Assembly (NCBI RefSeq): GCF_964355755.1
Contig: NC_092675.1
Span: forward strand, 13,550,912-13,614,911
Direction: 5' to 3'
DNA from: Antedon mediterranea
Taxonomy: Eukaryota > Animalia > Echinodermata
DNA length: 64,000 nucleotides
This document shows positions 53,553 to 64,000 of this stretch, one piece after another (the first letter of the stretch is position 1; each line of letters opens with the position of its first letter). The position numbers and the translations under genes were made by a program. Under the pieces are notes generated by a model that worked only from the letters and a program-made list of their open reading frames with translations, was not told the DNA's origin and searched no databases.

Positions 53553-56500
53553 GTGCTTAGAATAGCTTCAAATCGTATTTGGAGACGTTTTAGACCATTT
53601 TGAGATTTTCGAAAAAACTTGGTTACACAAAAACATCAAAGTGCTTAAAATCACATTATAAACCGTTTTAGACCATTTTGAGCATTTCGATAACACTTTT
53701 CACACAAAAACATCAAAGAGCACAAAATAGCTTAATATCGTATTTAAAAACGTTTTAGACCATTTTGAGCATTTCGACAAAACTTTTTCACACAAAACAC
53801 CAAAGTGCTTAGAATAGCTTCAAATCGCATTTGGAGACGTTTTAGACCAATTTGTGCATTTCGATGAAACTTGATTACACAAAAACATCAAAGTGCTTAA
53901 AATCACATTATAAACCGTTTTAGACCATTTTGAGCATTTCGATAACACTTTTCACACAAAAACATCAAAGAGCACAAAATAGCTTAATATCGTATTTAAA
54001 AACGTTTTAGACCATTTTGAGCATTTAGACAAAACTTTTTCACACAAAACACCAAAGTGCTTAGAATAGCTTCAAATCGCATTTGGAGACGTTTTAGACC
54101 ATTTTGTGCATTTCGATGAAACTTGGTTACACAAAAACATCAAAGTGCTTAAAATCACATTATAAATCGTTTTAGACCATTTTGAGCATTTCGACAAAAC
54201 TTTTTCACACAAAATACCAAAGTGCTTAGAATAGCTTCAAATCGCATTTCGAGACGTTCTAGACCATTTTGTGATTTTCGAAAAAACTTGTTAACATAAA
54301 AACACGAAAGTGCTTAGAATAGCTTCAAATCGCATTTGGAAACGTTTTAGACCATTTTGTGATTTTCGAAAAAAATTGTTAACATAAAAACACCAAAGTG
54401 CTTAGAATCACATTATAAACCGTTTTAGACCATTTTGAGCATTTCGATAACAATTTTCACACAAAAACATCAAAGAGCACAAAATAGCTTAATATCGTAT
54501 TTAAAAATGTTTTAGACCATTTTGAGCATTTAGATAAAACTTTTTCACACAAAACACCAAAGTGCTTAGAATAGCTTCAAATCGCATTTGGAGACGTTTT
54601 AGACCATTTTGTGATTTTTGAAAAAACTTGTTAACATAAAAACACCAAAGTGCTTAGAATAGCTTCAAATCACATTTGGAGACGTTTTAGACCATTTTGT
54701 GATTTTCGAAAAAACTTTTTAACATAAAAACACCAAAGTGCTTAGAATAGCTTCAAATCACATTTGGAGACGTTTTAGACCATTTTGTGATTTTTGAAAA
54801 AACTTGTTAACATAAAAACACGAAAGTGCTTAGAATAGCTTCAAATCGCATTTGGAAACGTTTTAGACCATTTTGTGATTTTCGAAAAAGATTGTTAACA
54901 TAAAAACACCAAAGTGTTTAGAATAGCTTCAAATCGCATTTGGAGACGGTTTAGACCATTTTGTGATTTTGAAAAAACTTGTTAACATAAAAACACCAAA
55001 GTGCTTAGAATAGCTTCAAATCGCATTTGGAGACGTTTTAGACCATTTTGTGATTTTCGAAAAAACTTGTTAACATAAAAACACCAAAGTGCTTAGAATA
55101 GCTTCAAATCGTATTTGGAGACGTTTTAGACCATTTTGAGATTTTCAAAAAAACTTGGTTACACAAAAACATCAAAGTGCTTAAAATCACATTATAAACC
55201 GTTTTAGACCATTTTGAGCATTTCGATAACACTTTTCACACAAAAACATCAAAGAGCACAAAATAGCTTAATATCGTATTTAAAAACGTTTTAGACCATT
55301 TTGAGCATTTCGACAAAACTTTTTCACACAAAACACCAAAGTGCTTAGAATAGCTTCAAATCGCATTTGGAGACGTTTTAGACCAATTTGTGCATTTCGA
55401 TGAAACTTGATTACACAAAAACATCAAAGTGCTTAAAATCACATTATAAACCGTTTTAGACCATTTTGAGCATTTCGATAACACTTTTCACACAAAAACA
55501 TCAAAGAGCACAAAATAGCTTAATATCGTATTTAAAAACGTTTTAGACCATTTTGAGCATTTAGACAAAACTTTTTCACACAAAACACCAAAGTGCTTAG
55601 AAAAGCTTCAAATCGCATTTGGAGACGTTTTAGACCATTTTGTGCATTTCGATGGAACATTATAAATCGTTTTAGACCATTTTGAGCATTTCGACAAAAC
55701 TTTTTCACACAAAATACAAAAGTGCTTAGAATAGCTTCAAATCGCATTTGGAGACGTTTTAGACCATTTTGTGATTTTCGAAAAAACTTTTTAACATAAA
55801 AACACCAAAGTGCTTAGAATAGCTTCAAATCACATTTGGAGACGTTTTAGACCATTTTGTGATTTTCGAAAAAACTTGTTAACATAAAAACACGAAAGTG
55901 CATAGAATAGCTTCAAATCGCATTTGGAAACGTTTTAGACCATTTTGTGATTTTCGAAAAAAATTGTTGACATAAAAACACCAAAGTGCTTAGAATCACA
56001 TTATAAACCGTTTTAGACCATTTTGAGCATTTCGATAAAAATTTTCACAAAAAAACATCAAAGAGCACAAAATAGCTTAATATCGTATTTAAAAATGTTT
56101 TAGACCATTTTGAGCATTTAGATAAAACTTTTTCACACAAAACACCAAAGTGCTTAGAATAGCTTCAAATCGCATTTGGAGACGTTTTAGACCATTTTGT
56201 GATTTTTGAAAAAACTTGTTAACATAAAAACACCAAAGTGCTTAGAATAGCTTCAAATCACATTTGGAGACGTTTTAGACCATTTTGTGATTTTCGAAAA
56301 AACTTGTTAACATAAAAACACGAAAGTGCTTAGAATAGCTTCAAATCGCATTTGGAAACGTTTTAGACCATTTTGTGATTTTCGAAAAAACTTGTTAACA
56401 TAAAAACACGAAAGTGCTTAGAATAGCTTCAAATCGCATTTGGAGACGTTTTAGACCATTTTGTGATTTTCGAAAAAAACTTGTTAACATAAAAACACGA

Positions 56501-59500
56501 AAGTGCTTAGAATAGCTTCAAATCACATTTGGAGACGTTTTAGACCATTTTGTGATTTTTGAAAAAACTTGTTAACATAAAAACACGAAAGTGCTTAGAA
56601 CAGCTTCAAATCGCATTTGGAAACGTTTTAGACCAATTTGTGCATTTCGATGAAACTTGATTACACAAAAACACCAAAGGATTTAGAATAGCTTCAAATC
56701 GCATTTGGAGACGTTTTAGACCATTTTGTGATTTTGAAAAAACTTGTTAACATAAAAACACCAAAGTGCTTAGAATAGCTTCAAATCGCATTTGGAGACG
56801 TTTTAGACCATTTTGTGATTTTCGAAAAAACTTGTTAACATAAAAACACCAAAGTGCTTAGAATAGCTTCAAATCGTATTTGGAGACGTTTTAGACCATT
56901 TTGAGATTTTCGAAAAAACTTGGTTACACAAAAACATCAAAGTGCTTAAAATCACATTATAAACCGTTTTAGACCATTTTGAGCATTTCGATAACACTTT
57001 TCACACAAAAACATCAAAGAGCACAAAATAGCTTAATATCGTATTTAAAAACGTTTTAGACCATTTTGAGCATTTCGACAAAACTTTTTCACACAAAACA
57101 CCAAAGTGCTTAGAATAGCTTCAAATCGCATTTGGAGACGTTTTAGACCAATTTGTGATTTTTGAAAAAACTTGTTAACATAAAAACACCAAAGTGTTTA
57201 GAATAGCTTCAAATCGCATTTGGAGACGTTTTAGACCAATTTGTGATTTTCGAAAAAACTTATCAACATAAAAACACCAAAGGGTTTAGAATAGCTTCAA
57301 ATCGCATTTGGAGACGTTTTAGACCATTTTGTGATTTTGAAAAAACTTGTTAACATAAAAACACCAAAGTGCTTAGAATAGCTTCAAATCGCATTTGGAG
57401 ACGTTTTAGACCATTTTGTGATTTTCGAAAAAACTTGTTAACATAAAAACACCAAAGTGCTTAGAATAGCTTCAAATCGTATTTGGAGACGTTTTAGACC
57501 ATTTTGAGATTTTCGAAAAAAGTTGGTTACACAAAAACATCAAAGTGCTTAAAATCACATTATAAACCGTTTTAGACCATTTTGAGCATTTCGGTAACAC
57601 TTTTCACACAAAAACATCAAAGAGCACAAAATAGCTTAATATCGTATTTAAAAACGTTTTAGACCATTTTGAGCATTTAGACAAAACTTTTTCACACAAA
57701 ACACCAAAGTGCTTAGAATAGCTTCAAATCGCATTTGGAGACGTTTTAGACCATTTTGTGCATTTCGATGAAACTTGGTTACACAAAAACATCAAAGTGC
57801 TTAAAATCACATTATAAATCGTTTTAGACCATTTTGAGCATTTCGACAAAACTTTTTCACACAAAATACCAAAGTGCTTAGAATAGCTTCAAATCGCATT
57901 TGGAGACGTTTTAGACCATTTTGTGATTTTCGAAAAAACTTTTTAACATAAAAACACCAAAGTGCTTAGAATAGCTTCAAATCACATTTGGAGACGTTTT
58001 AGACCATAAGTGCTTAGAATCACATTATAAACCGTTTTAGACCATTTTGAGCATTTCGATAACAATTTTCACACAAAAACATCAAAGAGCACAAAATAGC
58101 TTAATATCGTATTTAAAAACGTTTTAGACCATTTTGAGCATTTAGACAAAACTTTTTCACACAAAACACCAAAGTGCTTAGAATAGCTTCAAATCGCATT
58201 TGGAGACGTTTTAGACCAATTTGTGATTTTTGAAAAAACTTGTTAACATAAAAACACCAAAGTGCTTAGAATAGCTTCAAATCACATTTGGAGACGTTTT
58301 AGACCATTTTGTGATTTTGAACAAACTTGTTAACATAAAAACACCAAAGTGCTTAGAATAGCTTCAAATCGCATTTGGCGACGTTTTAGACCATTTTGTG
58401 ATTTTCGAAAAAACTTGTTAACATAAAAACACCAAAGTGCTTAGAATAGCTTCAAATCGTATTTGGAGACGTTTTAGATCATTTTGAGATTTTCGAAAAA
58501 ACTTGGTTACACAAAAACATCAAAGTGCTTAAAATAACATTATAAACCGTTTTAGACCATTTTGAGCATTTCGATAACACTTTTCACACAAAAACATCAA
58601 AGAGCACAAAATAGCTTAATATCGTATTTAAAAACGTTTTAGACCATTTTGAGCATTTCGACAAAACTTTTTCACACAAAACACCAAAGTGCTTAGAATA
58701 GCTTCAAATCGCATTTGGGGACGTTTTAGACCAATTTGTGCATTTCGATGAAACTTGATTACACAAAAATATCAAAGTGCTTAAAATCACATTATAAACC
58801 GTTTTAGACCATTTTGAGCATTTCGATAAACACTTTTCACACAAAAACATCAAAGAGCACAAAATAGCTTAATATCGTATTTAAAAACGTTTTAGACCAT
58901 TTTGAGCATTTAGACAAAACTTTTTCACACAAAACACCAAAGTGCTTAGAATAGCTTCAAATCGCATTTGGAGACGTTTTAGACCATTTTGTGCATTTCG
59001 ATGAAAGTTGGTTACACAAAAACATCAAAGTGCTTAAAATCACATTATAAATCGTTTTAGACCATTTTGAGCATTTCGACAAAACTTTTTCACACAAAAT
59101 ACCAAAGTGCTTAGAATAGCTTCAAATCGCATTTGGAGACGTTTTAGACCATTTTGTGATTTTCGAAAAAACTTTTTAACATAAAAACACCAAAGTGCTT
59201 AGAATAGCTTCAAATCACAATTGGAGACGTTTTAGACCATAAGTGCTTAGAATCACATTATAAACCGTTTTAGACCATTTTGAGCATTTCGATAACAATT
59301 TTAACACAAAAACATCAAAGAGCACAAAATAGCTTAATATCGTATTTAAAAATGTTTTAGACCATTTTGAGCATTTAGATAAAACTTTTTCACACAAAAC
59401 ACCAAAGTGCTTAGAATAGCTTCAAATCGCATTTGAAGACGTTTTAGACCAATTTGTGATTTTTGAAAAAACTTGTTAACATAAAAACACCAAAGTGCTT

Positions 59501-61283
59501 AGAATAGCTTCAAATCACATTTGGAGACGTTTTAGCCCATTTTGTGATTTTGAACAAACTTGTTAACATAAAAACACCAAAGTGCTTAGAATAGCTTCAA
59601 ATCGCATTTGGAGACGTCTTAGACCATTTTGTGATTTTCGAAAAAACTTGTTAACATAAAAACACCAAAGTGCTTAAAATCACATTATAAACCGTTTTAG
59701 ACCATTTTGAGTATTTCGATAACACTTTTCACACAAAAACATCAAAGAGCACAAAATAGCTTAATATCGTATTTAAAAACGTTTTAGACCATTTTGAGCA
59801 TTTCGACAAAACTTTTTCACACAAAACACCAAAGTGCTTAGAATAGCTTCAAATCGCATTTGGAGACGTTTTAGACCAATTTGTGCATTTCGATGAAACT
59901 TGATTACACAAAAACATCAAAGTGCTTAAAATCACATTATAAACCGTTTTAGACCATTTTGAGCATTTCGATAACACTTTTCACACAAAAACATCAAAGA
60001 GCACAAAATAGCTTAATATCGTATTTAAAAACGTTTTAGACCATTTTGAGCATTTAGACAAAACTTTTTCACACAAAACACCAAAGTGCTTAGAATAGCT
60101 TCAAATCGCATTTGGAGACGTTTTAGACCATTTTGTGCATTTCGATGAAACTTGGTTACACAAAAACATCAAAGTGCTTAAAATCACATTATAAATCGTT
60201 TTAGACCATTTTGAGCATTTCGACAAAACTTTTTCACACAAAATACCAAAGTGCTTAGAATAGCTTCAAATCGCATTTCGAGACGTTTTAGACCATTTTG
60301 TGATTTTCGAAAAAACTTTTTAACATAAAAACACCAAAGTGCTTAGAATAGCTTCAAATCACATTTGGAGACATTTTAGACCATTTTGTGATTTTCGAAA
60401 AAACTTGTTAACATAAAAACACGAAAGTGCTTAGAATAGCTTCAAATCGCATTTGGAAACGTTTTAGACCATTTTGTGATTTTCGAAAAAAATTGTTAAC
60501 ATAAAAACACCAAAGTGCTTAGAATCACATTATAAACCGTTTTAGACCATTTTGAGCATTTCGATAACAATTTTCACACAAAAACATCAAAGAGCACAAA
60601 ATAGCTTAATATCGTATTTAAAAATGTTTTAGACCATTTTGAGCATTTAGATAAAACTTTTTCACACAAAACACCAAAGTGCTTAGAATAGCTTCAAATC
60701 GCATTTGGAAACGTTTTAGACCATTTTGTGATTTTCGAAAAAAATTGTTAACATAAAAACACCAAAGTGCTTAGAATCACATTATAAACCGTTTTAGACC
60801 AATTTGAGCATTTCGATAACAATTTTCACACAAAAACATCAAAGAGCACAAAATAGCTTAATATCGTATTTAAAAATGTTTTAGACCATTTTGAGCATTT
60901 AGATAAAACTTTTTCACACAAAACACCAAAGTGCTTAGAATAGCTTCAAATCGCATTTGGAGACGTTTTAGACCATTTTGTGATTTTTGAAAAAAACTTG
61001 TTAACATAAAAACACCAAAGTGCTTAGAATAGCTTCAAATCACATTTGGAGACGTTTTAGACCATTTTGTGATTTTCGAAAAAACTTTTTAACATAAAAA
61101 CACCAAAGTGCTTAGAATAGCTTCAAATCACATTTGGAGACGTTTTAGACCATTTTGTGATTTTTGAAAAAACTTGTTAACATAAAAACACGAAAGTGCT
61201 TAGAATAGCTTCAAATCGCATTTGGAAACGTTTTAGACCATTTTGTGATTTTCGAAAAAGATTGTTAACATAAAAACACCAAA

Positions 61284-64000
61284 GTGTTTAGAATAGCTTC
61301 AAATCGCATTTGGAGACGGTTTAGACCATTTTGTGATTTTGAAAAAACTTGTTAACATAAAAACACCAAAGTGCTTAGAATAGCTTCAAATCGCATTTGG
61401 AGACGTTTTAGACCATTTTGTGATTTTCGAAAAAACTTGTTAACATAAAAACACCAAAGTGCTTAGAATAGCTTCAAATCGTATTTGGAGACGTTTTAGA
61501 CCATTTTGAGATTTTCGAAAAAACTTGGTTACACAAAAACATCAAAGTGCTTAAAATCACATTATAAACCGTTTTAGACCATTTTGAGCATTTCGATAAC
61601 ACTTTTCACACAAAAACATCAAAGAGCACAAAATAGCTTAATATCGTATTTAAAAACGTTTTAGACCATTTTGAGCATTTCGACAAAACTTTTTCACACA
61701 AAACACCAAAGTGCTTAGAATAGCTTCAAATCGCATTTGGAGACGTTTTAGACCAATTTGTGCATTTCGATGAAACTTGATTACACAAAAACATCAAAGT
61801 GCTTAAAATCACATTATAAACCGTTTTAGACCATTTTGAGCATTTCGATAACACTTTTCACACAAAAACATCAAAGAGCACAAAATAGCTTAATATCGTA
61901 TTTAAAAATGTTTTAGACCATTTTGAGCATTTAGATAAAACTTTTTCACACAAAACACCAAAGTGCTTAGAATAGCTTCAAATCGCATTTGGAGACGTTT
62001 TAGACCATTTTGTGATTTTTGAAAAAACTTGTTAACATAAAAACACCAAAGTGCTTAGAATAGCTTCAAATCACATTTGGAGACGTTTTAGACCATTTTG
62101 TGATTTTCGAAAAAACTTGTTAACATAAAAACACGAAAGTGCTTAGAATAGCTTCAAATCGCATTTGGAAACGTTTTAGACCATTTTGTGATTTTCGAAA
62201 AAACTTGTTAACATAAAAACACGAAAGTGCTTAGAATAGCTTCAAATCGCATTTGGAGACGTTTTAGACCATTTTGTGATTTTCGAAAAAACTTGTTAAC
62301 ATAAAAACACGAAAGTGCTTAGAATAGCTTCAAATCACATTTGGAGACGTTTTAGACCATTTTGTGATTTTTGAAAAAACTTGTTAACATAAAAACACGA
62401 AAGTGCTTAGAATAGCTTCAAATCGCATTTGGAAACGTTTTAGACCAATTTGTGCATTTCGATGAAACTTGATTACACAAAAACATCAAAGTGCTTAAAA
62501 TCACATTATAAACCGTTTTAGACCATTTTGAGCATTTCGATAACACTTTTCACACAAAAAAAATTAAAGAGCACAAAATAGCTTAATATCGTATTTAAAA
62601 ACGTTTTAGACCATTTTGAGCATTTAGACAAAACTTTTTCACACAAAACACCAAAGTGCTTAGAATAGCTTCAAATCGCATTTGGAGACGTTTTAGACCA
62701 TTTTGTGCATTTCGATGAAACTTGGTTACACAAAAACATCAAAGTGCTTAAAATCACATTATAAATCGTTTTAGACCATTTTGAGCATTTCGACAAAACT
62801 TTTTCACACAAAATACCAAAGTGCTTAGAATAGCTTCAAATCGCATTTCGAGACGTTTTAGACCATTTTGTGATTTTCGAAAAAACTTTTTAACATAAAA
62901 ACACCAAAGTGCTTAGAATAGCTTCAAATCACATTTGGAGACATTTTAGACCATTTTGTGATTTTCAAAAAAACTTGTTAACATAAAAACACGAAAGTTC
63001 TTAGAATAGCTTCAAATCGCATTTGGAAACGTTTTAGACCATTTTGTGATTTTCGAAAAAAATTGTTAACATAAAAACACCAAAGTGCTTAGAATCACAT
63101 TATAAACCGTTTTAGACCATTTTGAGCATTTCGATAACAATTTTCACACAAAAACATCAAAGAGCACAAAATAGCTTAATATCGTATTTAAAAATGTTTT
63201 AGACCATTTTGAGCATTTAGATAAAACTTTTTCACACAAAACACCAAAGTGCTTAGAATAGCTTCAAATCGCATTTGGAGACGTTTTAGACCATTTTGTG
63301 ATTTTTGAAAAAACTTGTTAACATAAAAACACCAAAGTGCTTAGAATAGCTTCAAATCACATTTTGATACGTTTTAGCCCATTTTGTGATTTTCGAAAAA
63401 ACATGTTAACATAAAAACACGAAAGTGCTTAGAATAGCTTCAAATCACATTTGGAGACGTTTTAGACCATTTTGTGATTTTTGAAAAAACTTGTTAACAT
63501 AAAAACACGAAAGTGCTTAGAATAGCTTCAAATCGCATTTGGAAACGTTTTAGACCATTTTGTGATTTTCGAAAAAGATTGTTAACATAAAAACACCAAA
63601 GTGCTTAGAATCACATTATAAACCGTTTTAGACCATTTTGAGCATTTCGATAACAATTTTCACACAAAAACATCAAAGAGCACAAAATAGCTTAATATCG
63701 TATTTAAAAATGTTTTAGACCATTTTGAGCATTTAGATAAAACTTTTTCACACAAAACACCAAAGTGCTTAGAATAGCTTCAAATCGCATTTGGAGACGG
63801 TTTAGACCATTTTGTGATTTTGAAAAAACTTGTTAACATAAAAACACCAAAGTGCTTAGAATAGCTTCAAATCGCATTTGGAGACGTTTTAGACCATTTT
63901 GTGATTTTCGAAAAAACTTGTTAACATAAAAACACCAAAGTGCTTAGAATAGCTTCAAATCGTATTTGGAGACGTTTTAGACCATTTTGAGATTTTCGAA
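61284..64000 (+). repeat. Near-identical copy of window positions 1-2717 (offset 61,283 bp)
   Basis: Same monomer order from GTGTTTAGAA (1/61284) to the last base. TTGATACG at 2081/63364. AAAAAACATGTTAAC was seen only in these two copies. Confidence 0.85.

Larger units (their letters stand above)
1..64000 (+). repeat. Tandem satellite DNA array, ~88-bp monomer family, head-to-tail, probably eukaryotic (peri)centromeric heterochromatin; continues beyond both window ends
   Basis: The core (G)TTTTAGACCA(T/A)TTTG recurs about every 77-88 bp from base 1 to 64000 in one orientation. Monomer starts at 1, 88, 176, 264, 341, 428 and 516. No non-satellite interruption was seen. The centromeric assignment is inference from architecture only. 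Confidence 0.99.

Noticed and set aside
55532-55747. 71-aa minus-strand ORF (MRFEAILSTF...)
   Set aside because: It is a chance read-through created by the 36-bp deletion at 55658 and the AGAAAAGC variant. The translation is just the repeated monomer (NAQNGLKR three times).
14113-59397. Seven near-identical 60-aa minus-strand ORFs (MCEKVLSKCSKWSKTF...)
   Set aside because: They lie wholly within satellite monomers, and the peptide repeats with the monomer (LSKCSKWSKT twice). They are open only where the CCATAAG deletion and the TTTTAACAC SNP remove stops. There is no recognisable domain or gene context.
1681-62565. Single-base homopolymer length variants (about 1682, 24905, 45724, 56475, 58829, 60990, 62560)
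   Set aside because: These are singleton +1 changes in A/T runs and cannot be distinguished from long-read consensus error without the reads.
1-64000. CRISPR-like appearance: a regularly spaced conserved motif starting GTTTTAGA, resembling the start of type II-A CRISPR repeats
   Set aside because: The intervening sequences are not unique spacers but a few homologous variants repeated hundreds of times. The similarity is limited to about 8 bp, and there are no cas genes or leader.
1-64000. Assignment to a named satellite family or species
   Set aside because: I do not recognise the consensus with confidence. Monomer length and AT-richness are not diagnostic, so a database search is required.

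Overview
The whole 64 kb window is one uninterrupted, head-to-tail, single-orientation AT-rich tandem satellite array (about 32% GC in the commonest monomer, roughly 750 monomers). I find no credible genes, RNA genes, transposons, CRISPR array or unique sequence. The basic monomer is 88 bp (GTGCTTAGAATAGCTTCAAATCGCATTTGGAGACGTTTTAGACCATTTTGTGATTTTCGAAAAAACTTGTTAACATAAAAACACCAAA). It has a small set of fixed variants of 88, 87 and 77 bp, arranged in an ordered but variable higher-order repeat (HOR): a 252-bp trimer nested in a 1,097-bp 13-mer core, followed by a variable run of A-type monomers. Rare shared variants, traced by eye, reveal nested duplications with offsets of 892, 1,103, 1,232, 1,848, 2,215, 2,691, about 6.2-6.5 kb, about 15.3 kb, 17.3 kb, 40.9 kb, about 46 kb and 61,283 bp. 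The architecture is typical of eukaryotic (peri)centromeric satellite DNA, but species and centromere function cannot be established from sequence alone. All listed ORFs are by-products of deletions in the repeat. I see no new protein-coding system; the interest lies in the array's structure and evolution. All counts and offsets were made by hand.
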